From NCBI RefSeq assembly GCF_009914755.1, contig NC_060930.1: DNA of 64,000 nt. One strand, written 5' to 3'. A model generated the notes under the pieces. It worked only from the letters and a program-made list of their open reading frames with translations. It did no database searches and was not told the origin of the DNA. This document shows, piece by piece, positions 12,061-25,900 of the stretch. The position numbers and the translations under genes are program-made. Origin of the DNA: the human T2T-CHM13v2.0 reference genome, Homo sapiens. The stretch's first letter is position 1. Each line of letters begins with the position of its first letter.

Positions 12061-13258
12061 TGGTGAAGTTGATTGGGTTTGTATTATTATGTTTTACTTT
12101 TATATTATATAAAGATACCACTGATTGTTTTCTCTCTTGATGCACAAGAAAATTGATGTTTAACCAGAGATTCTCAAAATACTATTATTTAAGCAGATGC
12201 AAAAAGTATGAAAAGGTGAGAGCTGCTTATGCCAGGATATTATCTGCGTGTTTTTGTAAATTTATAGTAGTTTTGATGGAGACTGTCACAGTCTATTTTG
12301 GAAGATTATATATTATCACTTAGTTTTTATAACCTCCTATGCATACTTATTTTGTTTAATGGGAATTTTTATTCACTTTTTTTGAAAGAGTCTTCATATT
12401 TGAAATGAGTCATATAAAATAAGATGGAAAATACCATAAGCAAAATTAATCATAAATATTTACATAGTAAAGTAAATCTCACATCTATGTTTTTAAATAG
12501 ATTCCATAAAAAATAGGGATGATAAACATAAAAGGGAATAATATGTTTTCACTTACATTCTTTGAATTGTATAATCATTTAAATTATTTTGCCTTTAATC
12601 AGTCTATTTTTAATTCAAAAGTTTCTTCAAACAGTCCTTCAACTACTCATACATACACCTAGAGGAAACTAAAGATTTATATTTCATCATCAATAAAATT
12701 TTCCTTTCATTAAGATGCTCTCTCCTTTGGGCTTTTCATCCTATCTCTATAGCCCTCGACTCCTCCACCCAGAAGTATATGTTAAACAAAAATAACAAAA
12801 ACAACAAAAACAGATGGATCTTCCAGTTATAGACTTGTTTTTTCAGCGAGACCTAGCAAAGGCACAGAAAATACATGGCATACGGTAATTATTATTTTAC
12901 AGTAACGTCTCCACTGATTGCCTTGTTTTAATCTCTGGTGCAGTCTCCTACTTTGAATCACTCTCCTGGTTCTGATCCAAAGTGTGGTTTGGTTGCCGGT
13001 TTCCAGAAAGGCCCCAGGCCAGACTTGCTTCTACTCTGCTTCTACTCTTGCTTTAATTCTTCTGGGTTAGACCTCCTGCCATCTCCACAGCCTTCTCTGC
13101 TGGATCCTGATGCTTTCAACATAATGTTGAACCTCCTGGCTATGTCAGTCCTCTTCCGGTCCATGGCCTGAAAGCAGCTGATTGGTTATCAGCCTGGGAG
13201 TTTGGTTTTCTTCAGAGATGGGCTGAGAAAATTATTCTGCTTGCCTGTCACACTAGAG

Positions 13259-13414
13259 CAGTGGTCATAACTCTGGCTAGCGATTATAATTAAGTAGGGT
13301 GCTTTAAGAAAGTTCTGAGACCCAGATCCCAACCCCAGAGATTCTGAATTGTTATGGGGTATGACCTGGATATTGAGATTTTAAAAATTTATGCAGCCAA
13401 GTTTGAGAAGCATT
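13259..13414. mobile_element. MER5-family hAT-Charlie MITE
   Basis: 'cagtggtcataactctggc...ccccagagattctgaattg...atgcagccaagtttgagaagca' with degenerate TIR-like ends. Confidence 0.7.
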
Positions 13415-14041
13415 TGTGTTCCTCTTTTCTCTGAAGTATAGGGTACTTTAAATATGAGACAGATTTCTGTTTTGACAAGACTTTGGGGGCAGTATTTAGC
13501 TGTTTTCTTTTTGCTGGCACCTTCCTCCTACTATCTAATTTTTTGGCCCAACTGTGATTAAGAATACACTTGTATTCTCATCTGAGTTCTTAATCCTCTT
13601 ACCTATTTGGACTTTCCTCCAACTGCCTGATTTCTAATTTAGAATCCCACTTCATTTTACATTTCTAAAATAGAAAAATAGAAATCTACATGAAGTGGGA
13701 TTCCAGGAGCACCCATTCCCTGCTCTCCCTGTAGACCAAGCCCTGATCTTCTCCCTGTGGTTCCTTTGTGAACCCTTGGACCCAGCGGCCTTCCTGGATC
13801 TCCCCTATACCTTGTATTGTTAAGCTCTGTTTGGTTCATTTCACTTCTTGTTGTTTGCCTCTGACACTAAACTTTCTTTATGTTGTGGCATAACTTTGAG
13901 GTGCAAAGCTGGGGAGTGTGTACAGTGCATTGCAGGATGGCGAGTGCAGAACTTCTCACTGGGGTTTCTCCAGGTCTATTAGTGATCATGTTCTCATCAT
14001 CTGTTTTTTCTGACATAGCCCCTAACATGGATTAAGTTCTT

Positions 14042-14362
14042 TTTTTGTTTGTTTATTTTGTTTTGTTTTGTTTTGTTTTGAGACAGAGTCTCACACTGTC
14101 ACCCAGGCTGGAGTGCAGTGGCATGATCTCGGCTCACTGCAACCTCTGCCTCCCGGATTCAAGCAATTCTCCGCCTCAGCCTCCCAAGTAGCTGGGATTA
14201 CAGGCGCTCACCACCACGCCTGGCTAAATTTTTTTTGTATTTTTAGTGGAGACAGGGTTTCACCATCTTGGCCAGGCTGATCTTGAACTCCAGACCTCGT
14301 GATCCACCTGCCTCGGCCTCCCAGCATGCTGGGATTATAGGCATGAGCCACTGAGCCCGGCC
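14042..14362 (-). mobile_element. AluS (AluSg4-like), full length
   Basis: (ttttg)n tail, both arms, ends 'cactgagcccggcc'; TSD t(t/g)aagttctt at 14032-14041 and 14363-14372. Confidence 0.97.
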
Positions 14363-14694
14363 TGAAGTTCTTAACAACATGAATTTATTAACTTATTCAC
14401 AAACATTCATTGAGTATCTTGTGAGTCTGTTTTTAGTTTTATAAAGTAATCAAGGGCTGACACATAGAGTCTGTTAGTTATTATTGTATTTTCATCTAGC
14501 AGTAAAGATGTCCATAGCAGATAAACATTATCTTAGAGAGTCAATTTGCTGATGACTACCAATTTAAAGATACAATAGAAGAAGTCGTCAATATCTCTGA
14601 TACTATCAAAACATATTCTAAAATCTAGATTGCTTGAGCAGGGTAATGGGTACTAGTACTACAAAATGAAAGTGACCCTTTTAAAATTAGTCTT

Positions 14695-15050
14695 TTGATT
14701 CATGCAACAAACATTAATTGAGCATTTATTATATGACAGATATTGCTTCTGCCCTTAAAATATACAGAATGTGATGTACAGACATCTAAAAAAATAGTAA
14801 CAGAGTATGTGCCACATACACACACATATGAGAGAGGAGGATAATAGATAATGTGGTAGAAGCACAAAGCCCCCAAGAAAGCAACTCTACTTGGGAAGAG
14901 GGGCAGTTGGAAAAGTCTTAACAAGGAGGCACCATTTAAACTGTGTCTTGTAAAATTTTAGCAGGTGTGAAGAAGAAGAGCATAGTCATTCCAGACACAG
15001 GACACCAAGTGTAAGGGAACAGGGCAGTGGGAAGGCTGCTAGGAGCATGA
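14695..15050 (-). mobile_element. L2 3' fragment
   Basis: 'attcatgcaacaaacattaattgagcatttattatatgacag...cattccagacacagga' reverse L2. Confidence 0.65.
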
Positions 15051-16739
15051 GTGGCTCAAGAGAAGTATGTACCCAGTACATAGCTCTGAGTAGATACCCT
15101 CAGAAGGGTATCAAATGAATGACTGTTAGGAAAGATTCCTGAAGGAATTCACTAGGTGGCACTCTTTCTTCTTTCGCAGTGTCTTCATAATAAGCGGCAG
15201 AATATTTGGAATTATTGATGAATTTTTGAGTTTCCTCCAGGTGTGTGGTGTAAATAGATACAACCTGAGACAGTATAGCCTTTCTGTCTCTGTAGATGCT
15301 TCAGGGAATGCCAAGAATGAGGATTCTCAAGTGACATGAAAAACACAAACAGAATCATTGATTAAGATGCTTGCATTTGTGATAATCTGGAATTCTTTTT
15401 GCCTTGGTAGGTTTTTGTCTGTATTTGCAATTCTTCCATTTCAGTCTTCATTTAAAGTTTTCTACTCCTGGAGAATGTTTGTAAAAATATTTTTTTCATA
15501 TATCATCTACTGACTCTATTAGAATCGAAACTTATTTCACTTTTCATTTTGCAAACAAGAATATTAAAACCTAATAAATGTAATCTAAGTTTCAATAATC
15601 TCAGTCATAAATAGAAGATTTCATGGAAAAGGATTTTATTAATATATAGCTAATAATTTTTAATTACAATGAACTCAATGTCTTCTGGAAATAGTTGAAA
15701 TATAAAAAATTCATAAATAAAATTCATACTGGGTCACATGTTAATTTTGAAATATACAGCTTCACAAATCAATTAATTAGATATTATTTTTGCCATTGAT
15801 TTTGACATCTTTGGAGAGAGACTGGCAGGTATTTGAATAACATGTGCAGTGAAGTGACAATTAAATCTAAAATTCTCTGGAATAATTACACTTCCAATTA
15901 TCCTTAATAGTGCTGCCGATCACATTTTGTTGTTGTTGCTTCTTAATGAAACAAAAAAATATTGTCCTGATGTGCCCTTTTCAGGTTCATCTTCTTAAAA
16001 TTTTTTTAACTTTTTAGAAAAACTATTAAAAGTAGTTGCAGTAGAAATTCACATTATAGCAAGGTAATTTTTTAACGGAATTCTGATAAGAAAGTGGCAA
16101 CAATGTTTTCTAAGATTCCCAGTTAAACTTGCCAACATTCTCATTGAGGATTAAATAATAAAGCTAGGAGAGGATAAATAAAGAAAACAAATTTTAAAAA
16201 TCAAACCTTAAAGAGAAAGTCTTTGTGTAGTATTTCTATGTATTAGATACATGATTATGGAGAGTTCATTTTACATGTAGTAGAATATAATAAGCATTGT
16301 GAAAGGAGAAGAAACAAAAGAAAACATACAAAGTTTGTTGTTTTTCCATTTTCTTATTGTTTGCACCTAAAGCAGATCTTAGAGATTGATTGCAAACTTG
16401 TCTGGAAATTTCCTTGGGGTGAAATACTGATAACTATTTTGAAAGGTAGCTTTCTTTCACATGTAGGATTACATGGCAGACTCCTTCACTTCCGATTGCA
16501 CTTATCCCTGTATCTCCCTTATGATCCATGATCTATGTATGAACAAGCTATGCCCTTGACATAGTCTGTTCTTGAGTCCCAGAATGCCATCCCTGATTTC
16601 CTAGTGAACTGTTCTTCAAGGCTCAAGTTGAACATCACTTTCTTTTAAAATGTCCTAGAATTCTCCTCTCTGTTCTTCCAGTCTGCTTCCATCCTGCCAA
16701 AGATAGTTGCTTGTTGTGCAAGTGAATGCTAATGCTTTT

Positions 16740-17075
16740 TAACTTTTGGGCTTCTCTTCTTCTTCTTAGGTGCCCATTAAATTATTTCCTAGTTCTTGCA
16801 GTTGAGGGGTACCACTTTGATTGTAGCCAATTGAATATGGATGGAAGGGATAAATGCTGCTCTAATATTTCATAAAAGGCTCTCATATGCAAGACTTCAC
16901 TCTCTTGCCCTTCTGACCTTGAAGACAATTTATTGAAAATGATTGTACCACAAAATGGGAAGAACTTGTGTCCCTGTGTTACTGCTTGGATTTGGTCCAC
17001 TATGAAGAGAGAATGAAAGTTCAATGTATCAAGCCACACAATATTCTGGGGATGATCTATTATACAAGCTAGTAT
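16740..17075 (+). mobile_element. old MLT1 (MLT1J/K-like) LTR remnant
   Basis: 'tagttcttgcagttgagg...ctgaccttgaagac...tgtatcaagccacacaatattctgggg' MLT1J-class motifs. Confidence 0.5.
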
Positions 17076-17274
17076 GATTGAGGCTCTTTGTCCTTACTCC
17101 ATTCCTTGTTCCCAGTTCTCCCCTCCTTTCAAACTACTTTCACTAAGATCTTCAATGGCCTATTTATTGCTAAATCCAATGATCACTTTCAGTTGTTGGA
17201 CTTTTCATTTTTGGATTACTCCTAAAGCAACATCTAACCCTTACTCCTGAGCTTCACATGGTGCATTAAGTACT

Positions 17275-19619
17275 TGATATGGTTTGGCTTTGTGTCTCCA
17301 CCCAAATCTCATCTTGAATTGTAATCCCATAATTCCCACCTGTTGTGGGAAGAACCTGGTGGGAGGTAATTGAATCATGGGGGCAGTTTCCGCCATGCTG
17401 TTCTCATGATAGTGAGTGAGTTCTCATGAGATCTGATGGTTTTTTAAGGGGCTTTTCCCTCTTTGCTCAACTCTCCTTCTTCCTGCTGCCATGTGAAGAA
17501 GGATGTGTTTGTTTCCCCTTCCACCATGATTGTAAGTTTTCTGAGGCCTCCCCAGCCATACTGAACTTTGAGTCAATTAAACCTCTTTCCTCTATAAATT
17601 ACCCACTCTTAGGTATGTCTTCATTAGCAGCATGAGAAAGGACTAACACAGTAAACTGGTATCACAGAGAGTGGGGTACTGCTACAAGGATACCCAAAAT
17701 TGTGAAAGTGACTTTGGAACTGGGTAACAGGCAGAGTTTGGAACAGTTTAGAGGGTTCAGAAGAATACATAAAAATGTGGGAATATTTGGAACTTCCCAG
17801 AGGCTTGGAAGGCTGAGAAGACAGCAAGGTGTGGGAAAGTTTGGAACTTCCTAGAGATTGTTGAATGGTTTTGACCAAAATGCTGATAGTGATATAGACA
17901 ATGAATTCCAGGCTGAGATGGTCTCAGATGGAGAGGGACTTCTTGGAAACTGGAGCAAAGGTGATTCTGTTATGCTTTTGCAAAGAGACTAGTGGCAGTT
18001 TGCCCCATCCTAGAGATCTGTAGAACTTTGAACTTGAGAGAGATGATTTAGGGTACCTGGCAGAAGAAATTCCTAAACAGCAAAGCATTCAAGAGGAAGC
18101 AGAGCATAAAAGTTTGGAAAATTTGCAGCCTGATGATGCAATAGAAAATAAAAACCTGTCTTTGGGGAGAAATTCAAGCTGGCTGCAGAAATTTGCATAA
18201 GTAATGAGGAGATGCATGTTAATCACCAAGACAATGGGGATAATGTCTCCAGAGTATGTCAGAGATCTTCCCAGCAGCACCTACCATCACAGGCCTGGAG
18301 GCCTATGAGGGAAAAGTGGTTTCCTGGGCCAGGGCCAGGGCCTCTCTGCTTTGTACAGCCTCAAGTCATGGTGGCCTGTGTCCCAGCTGCTTCAGCTCCA
18401 GCTGTGACTGAAAAGAGTCAAGGTACAACTCGGGCCATTGCTTCAGAGGGTGCAAGCCCCAAACCTTAGCAGCTTACATGTGGTGTTGAGCCTATGGGTG
18501 CACAGAGGTAAAGAATTGAGATTTGGGAACTTCTGCCTAGATTTCAGAGGAGGTATGGAAACTCCTGGATGTCCAGGCATAAGTTTGCTGCAGGGGTGGA
18601 GCCCTCATGCAGAACCTCTGCTATGGCAGTGCAGAAGCTAAATGTGGGGTCAAATCCCCCACACAGCAGTCCCCTCTGTGGTACTCCCTAGTGTAGCTGT
18701 GAGAAGACGGCCACCATCCTACAGACCCCAGAATGATATGTCCACTAACAGCTTGCACTGTGTACCTGGAAATGCCACAGGCACTCAATGCCAGCCTGTG
18801 AAAGCAGCTGGGAGGGGTGCTGTACCCTGCAAAGCCACAGGAGCAGAGCTTCCCAAGGACATGGGAGCCCACTTCTTGCATCAGAGTGATATGTGGATGT
18901 GAGACACGGAATCAAAGGAAATCATTTTGAAGCTTTAAGGTTTAATGACTGCCCTATTGGATTGTGAGTTGCATGGCGCCTGTAGCCTCTTTGTTTTGGC
19001 CAATTTCTCCCACTTGAAATGGGTGTATTTACCCAATGCCTGTACCCCCATTGCATCTAAGAAGTAACCAGCTTGATTTGGTTTTACAGGCTCATATGTC
19101 AAAGGGACTTGCCCTTGTCTCAGATGACATTTTAGACTTGGACTTTTGGGTTAATGCTGGAATGAGTTAAGACTTGGGGGAACTGTTGGGAAGGCATGGT
19201 TGTGTTTTGAAATGTGAGGACATGAGATTTGGAAGGGACCAGGGACAGAATGATATAGTTTGGCTTTGTGTCCCCACCGAAATTTCATTTTGAATTGTAA
19301 TCCCATAATTCCCATGTGTTGTAGTATGGACCTGGTGGTACGTAATTGAATCATGGGGTGGTTCCCCCATACTTCTCTCGTGATAGTGAGTGAATTACTA
19401 CGAGATCTGATGGTTTTATAACGGCCTTTTTCCTCTTTGCTTGGCACTTTTTCCTGCTGCCATGTGAAGAAGGACATGTTTGCTTCCCCTTCTGCCATGA
19501 TTGTATGTTTCATAAGGCTCCTCATCCCTGCAAACTGTGAGTCAATTAAACCTCTTTCCTTTATAAATTACCCAGTCTTGGGTATGTCTTTATTAGCAGT
19601 GTGAGAACAGGCTAACATA
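17275..19619 (+). mobile_element. complete THE1C MaLR element: 5' LTR 17275-17650, internal 17651-19250, 3' LTR 19251-19619
   Basis: two homologous THE1 LTRs flanking THE1-int ('gtaaactggtatcacagagagtgggg...'), purine tract before 3' LTR, perfect 5-bp TSD GTACT at 17270-17274 and 19620-19624. Confidence 0.95.
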
Positions 19620-19624
19620 GTACT

Positions 19625-20572
19625 TATTTGAAATCTTTTCCTAAATGTCTCTAAAATAGCTTGAATTGAATTCACCATCTTCCTTTCCAAATTTGCTTCT
19701 CCTCCAGTGTCCTTATCTCAATCACTGTTTCCCTCTAATCAATCCAGAAACCCCACTTTCTCTCTATATTGTCTATCCAATGAATTTCAAATACTTTAAT
19801 TCCATCTTCTAAGCATCTCTACATACATCAGTTTTCTCCCATTTGATGACCATCACCCTAATCTACAATAACAGCTTATCTATTTAGACCAGTGAAGTCA
19901 CCTAAGCATTGGTCCCCCAGAGTTTAAAGTAGTCTGTAGTCTGCCCTGAATCAGGATGATGAAATTCCAAAAATTCAAATCTGTCTATTTAAAACTCGTC
20001 AGTAATTTCCCCTTGACTTTATGGTAAAGCCCTTGTTTTTTCCAGCCCTTCCATGTCCTGTGCCTGCATACCTTTCCAGTATATTCCTTTCCACTCTCTG
20101 TATATGTTTCTAAGATAATAAACTTTTCTCAGCTGTTACTACGTTCAATTCTATCTGGCCTCTAGACCTCCAGACATGCCAATTCTTTTGCCTCAGGTTT
20201 GGTAAAATCCTAGTCATTCTTCAGGTAAAAGCTTAAAGATACTTTCTTCAGGGATGCCTGATGGGTCTCCTAGACTACATCTCTTCCCAGAATGTTCCTT
20301 GTATTACATATATATAAGATCTTTAGCACTTGCACTTTTCACCACTCTATTATAGTATCTTTGTGCAGTGACTAGCCCAAAGGAGAAAAATTAAGGTTAA
20401 CTAATTTAATTATTTTACTTATGAGATGGTAGCATAAATGGTATTTTCATGTATATTTCTTCCACTGTATTTTTGAAATCTCTGAAGTCAGAGGCCAGAA
20501 TTTTCATTGTTAGTGTAGTATCTGGCACAGAGATGATATTTAAAAGCATTGAGTGAATGAATGATTGAATTA
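19625..20572 (+). mobile_element. L2 3' region (continues L2 piece at ~17100-17270 split by THE1C)
   Basis: 'ttgaattcaccatcttcc...ttgcttctcctccagtgtcc...tctggcacagagatg...gagtgaatgaatgattgaat' L2 terminus. Confidence 0.7.
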
Positions 20573-21092
20573 GAAAAAAGGATGCTTGTGTTTGTCCCCT
20601 GTACTACGAGGTAGGCTGTGGCAGTTAAGTGTGATCAGGGTTATGACTGTGGAGGTATAGAGTGCTGAGAGACTATAATCTCTCAGTCAGGGGCAGGCTC
20701 AGGAGGAAATGTACATGCTCTTTAGAGCTCTACCCATCAAGTATATAAAACTGGAATATGAACTACAAATGTATGAGTATTTGTGGGCAGGTTTTTTTCT
20801 GACCCCTTAATAGAAGATATTGATGGAGCAAATGAGGAGTGAGGGAAAAGCCTTCACTGGTTGGGTAAAAGCTTTTAGTGCAGAGTTGAAAATGAGGTGT
20901 GAAGAATGAAGCTTCAGGCCAGGTATGAGAGAAAAGACAAGTGAAGTGCAAGAAGAATGGGGCTGTACAAGGGAATTTTAAGAGCTTGTGGTTTACAAAT
21001 TTATGTTCAATGAGGAACATAAATAATGATTTTAATGAATATTTAAGTGCTTCAGATATTGGGCTGTTTGAATTAATATAACTCCATACTGA

Positions 21093-21438
<346 letters not shown>

Positions 21439-21452
21439 AAAAAGCACGTCTT

Positions 21453-22260
21453 AATTGAAATTTTATTTTTTTTAATTGAAAAATAACAATTGTACATATT
21501 ATGGGGTGCAGTGTGATGTTTTTACATGTCTACAATATATAATGATCAAATTAGGGTAATTAGCATATTTATCAGGTCAAACATTTGTCATTTCTTTGTG
21601 GTGAGAACATTCAAAATCTTCTCTCCAAGCTATTTTGAAATGTACAATATATTATTTTTAATTATGGCCACTCTATGTGCAATGGAACACTAGAACTTAT
21701 TTCTTCTTTCTAACTATAACATTGTACCCATTGACCAACCCCCCCCCCCCATTAGCCCTCCTCCTTATCCTTGCCAGACTCTGGAAACCACCATTCTAAT
21801 CTCTACTTCTACTAGATCCACTTTTTTAGATTCTACATATGAATAAGATCATGCAGTATTTGTCTTTCTGTGTCTGGCTTATCCTACCTAACATAACGTC
21901 CCCCAGGCTCATCCATGTTGCTCTAAACTACAGAATTCCATTCTTTTTTAATGGCTGAATAGTATTCCATTGTGCAAATATATTAGTATCCATTCATCTG
22001 TTGATGGACACTTAGGTTGATTACAAATCTTGGCTATTGTGAATAGTGCTGCAATAAACGTAATAGTTCAGATGTCTCCTCAACATACTGATTTCATTTC
22101 CTTTGAATATATGCTAAGTGGGATTGCTGGATGATACAGTATTTAATTTTTTGAGGAACCTTGATACTGTTTTTCATAATGGCTGTACTAGTTTACATTC
22201 CCACCCACAGTGTCTGAGTTCCCTGTGCTCCACATCCTCACCAGCATTTGTTCTTTTTTG
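21453..22260 (-). mobile_element. host L1MA (L1MA4A/5-like) 3' UTR and ORF2 end, part 1
   Basis: 'tttctttgtggtgagaacattcaaaatc...gatggacacttaggttga...ccacatcctcaccagcatttg'. Confidence 0.9.
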
Positions 22261-22269
22261 TTTTTTTTT

Positions 22270-22984
22270 CCCACACTGTGAATATATTTAGTTTATTTGG
22301 CCTTTTATTTCCAGAACAAAGAGAGTAGAGACAAAAATGCATAAGTGAAGAAGGTATTCAGTATTCAGCTCAACTCTTAGTTTTTCTTTTTCCTTTAAAA
22401 AATCATTTAGAGGAGAACAGAATAACCTGAGAAATAGGACAGAAAATTATGCAAAAACAAAGAGATTCTCCCCACACACACTATTTAATAAAGATTGGAT
22501 CAAAATAACCAACCAAGCACACACACCTACACCCTACCAACCACCAAAAATCTTACAAAATGATAAAGGAGATACTTTTAAAAAGTCAAAAATATCCTTG
22601 GAAAACAAGAAAAATTGCCATCAACAAACCAGAAATGTTAAGAAAAGATAGAATGGAGAAAAATTACATCACAGAAAAATAAAATGAAAAGAAAATTCAA
22701 CTTAATTCATATGGAGGAGGCATCTAAGGCAAACATTGGAGCAGTTGGGGAGGGGGTGTACAAGCTGACAGTTAAGAGATAAAGAAGTGGGGCAAAGAAA
22801 CTGAGGAATTGGTCAGGGAAAGTAATTGACGAAAGAGATTTGGAGTAGCTAGTCTAGTCAACTCCTTCCTCCTCCCTACCTGGTTCTAAATTGGTGCACA
22901 GGAAGCTACAGACTGCCAGGAAGAACAGGCATCTCCCACTTTTTGAAAATGAGCTATTAATACACTCTTGCTTTGATTTTGGAG
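22270..22984 (-). other. putative L1 3'-transduced sequence (~715 bp) with own poly(A) signal
   Basis: sequence not collinear with either flanking L1, located between the inner L1's 3' end (~22985) and a T-tract (22251-22269); minus-strand AATAAA at 22292-22297, 22 nt from the tract; host L1 resumes after 29820. Confidence 0.7.
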
Positions 22985-25900
22985 TTTTAAAAATTAACAC
23001 ATAATTCTACATATTTATGGGATACAGAGTGATATTGTCATACTTTATATAATGTGTAATGTATAAGGTGTAAATGTTCACCTCAAACATTTATTATTTA
23101 TTTGTGTTAGGAACATTCAAAATCCTCTTTTTGCTATTTGAAAGTATATAATAAATTATCCTCAGCTATAGTCACCCCACAGTATTATAAAACACTAGAA
23201 CTTATTCCCCTTCTCTAGCTGCAATTTTGTATTATTAACCAAACTCTCCCTACCCTGCCCGCATCCCAGCCTCTAATAAGCACAGTTGTACTCTCCACTT
23301 TTATGAGCTCAACTTTTTTAGCTCCCACATATGACTGAGAAAGTATGGTATTTATCTTTCTGTGCCTGACTTATTTCATTTACCGTAATGTCCTCCAGGC
23401 TCATCCATGTTGCCATGAGTGACAGAATTTTATTCTTTTTTATGGCCAAATACTATTCCATTGTGTATATACATACTACATTCTCTTTACCCATTCATCT
23501 GTTGATGGACACTTAGGTTGCTTCCAAATCTTTGCTATTGTGAATAGTGATGCAATAAACAGGGGTTGTATATATCTCTTTCTTCATAGCTTGAGGTCTT
23601 GGATTTAAGTCTTTAATACACTTTGATTTGATTTTTGTAGATGATGAGAGATAGGGGTATAGTCTCATTCTTCTTCACATGGATATTCAGTTTTCCCAGG
23701 ACAATTTATTGAGGTGTCTGTCCCTTCCTCAGTGTATGCTTTTGGCACTTTTGTCAAAGAATGAGTTTACTGTAGATGTATGGGTTTATTTCTGGGTTCT
23801 CTATTCTGTTGCATTGGTCTATGTGTCTTTTTTTTTTTTAACCCAGTCCCATGCTGTTTTAGTTACTATAGCCCTGTAGTATAACTGAAAGTCAGGTATT
23901 ATGCTTCCTCCAGTTGTGTTCTTTTTGCTCAGGATGGCTTTGGCTATTCTTAGTCTTTTATGGTTCTATATAAATATTAGAATTATTTTTTCTATTTCTG
24001 TGGAGAATGTCATTGTATTTTGACAGAAATTGCATTGAATATGTAGATTGCTTTGGGTAGTATGGATATTTTAACAATATTGATTCTTTAAGTCCATGAA
24101 CATGGAATAGCTTTTTTGATTTCAGTTTCAGATAGTTTGGTGTTGGCATATAGAAATGCTACTGATTTTTGTATGCTTATTTTGTATCCTGCAACTTTAC
24201 TGAATTTATCAGCTCTAATAGTTTTTTGGTAAAGTCTTCAGGTTTTCCCAAATATAAGATCATATCATCTTCAAACAAGGATGATTTGACTTCTTCCTTT
24301 TCAATTTAGATGCCTTTTATGTCTTTCTCTTGTATAACTGCAAAAGCTTTCCATTAGTTCCTATTTAGTATGATACTAGCTGTGGATCTGTCATATATGG
24401 CTTTTATTGTGTTGAGGTATGTTCCTTCTATGCCCAGTTTTTTGAGGCTTTTTTTTTTTATCATGAAGGATGTTGAATTTTATCAAATGCTTTTTCAGCA
24501 TCAACTGAAATGATTATATGGTTTTTGTCTTTCATTCTGTTGATATGATGTATCACATTGATTGATTTGTATATGTTGAACCATCCTTGCATCCCTGTGA
24601 TAAACCTCACTTGGTAATGATGAATGATCTTTTAAATGTGTTGTTAAATTTAGTTTGCTGGTGTTTTATTGAGGTTTTTGCACCAATATTTATCAGAGAT
24701 ATTGGCCTGTAATTTTCTTTTTTTGATGTGTTTTAGTCTGGTTTTGGTATCAGGGTGATACTGGTCTCATAGAATGAGTTTGGAAGCATTCCCTCTGCCT
24801 CTATTTTTTAGAACAGTTTGAGTAGAATTGGTATTAGTTCTTCTTTAAATGTTTGGTAAAATTCAGCAGTGAAACCATCATGTCCCAGACTTTTCTCTGC
24901 TGGGAGACTTTTTATTATGGCTTTGATCTCAGTAATTGTTAATGGCCTATTCGGGTGTTAGGTTTCTCCATGGTTCAGTCTTGGTAGGTTGTATGTGTCT
25001 AGGAATTTATCCATTTCTTCTTGGTTTTCCAATTTATTGGCAGATTGTTATTCATAGTAGCCACTAATGATCCTTTGAATTTCTGCAGTATCCACTGTAA
25101 AGTCTCCTTCTTCATCTCTGAATTTATTTATTTGGGTATTCTCTCTCTTTTTCTGAATCTTGCTAAAGTTTTGTGGTTTTGCTTATGTTTTAAAAAATCA
25201 ACTTTTCACTTTGTTGATCTTTTATATCTTTTGTTTCAATTTCATTTATTTCTGCTCTGATTTCTATTATTTCTTTTCTTCTACTAGTTTTGGGTTTGGC
25301 TTTCTCTTGCTTTTCTGATTCTTTAAGATGTATTGTTAGATTGTTAATTTTAAGTTTTTCTACTGTTTTGATGTAGGAATTTATAGCTATAAACTTTTCT
25401 CTTAATACTGCTTTTGCTGTATCCCACAGGTGTTGGTATATTGTATTTCCATTATCATTTGTTTCAAGGAATTTTTCAATTTCCTTCTCAATGTCTTCAT
25501 TGACCCACTGGTCATTTGGGAGAATATTGTTTCATTTTCATGTATTGGTATAGTTTCCAGAGTTCCTCTTATTATTGATTACTGGTGTATTTCCGTTGTG
25601 ATCAGAAAAAATACTTGATATGATTTCAATTTTTTGAATTTTTAAGACTTTTTTGTGGCTTAACATATGGTCTACCCTTGAGAATGATCCATGTGCTGAG
25701 GAGAAGAATGTGTATTCTGCAGGCATTGGATAAAATGTTCTGTAAATATCTCTTACGTACATTTGATGTATAGTGCTCATTAAGTCTGGTATTTCTTTGC
25801 TAATTTTTTGTCTGGATGACCTGTCAATTTCTGAAAATGTGGTGTTGAAGTCTCCAGCTATTATCATATTGGGGTCAATATCTTTCAAGCTGTAACAATA

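Noticed and set aside
13690-13975. Possible LTR remnant
   Set aside because: LTR-like composition but I cannot assign family or boundaries with confidence
23570-23590. ~640-bp gap in the inner L1 as a spliced L1 retrocopy
   Set aside because: Sense junction 'ctatgaag|aaagagat' shows short GAA microhomology and the recalled deleted ends are not GT...AG; smaller gaps at ~24110 and ~24340 also look like ordinary deletions
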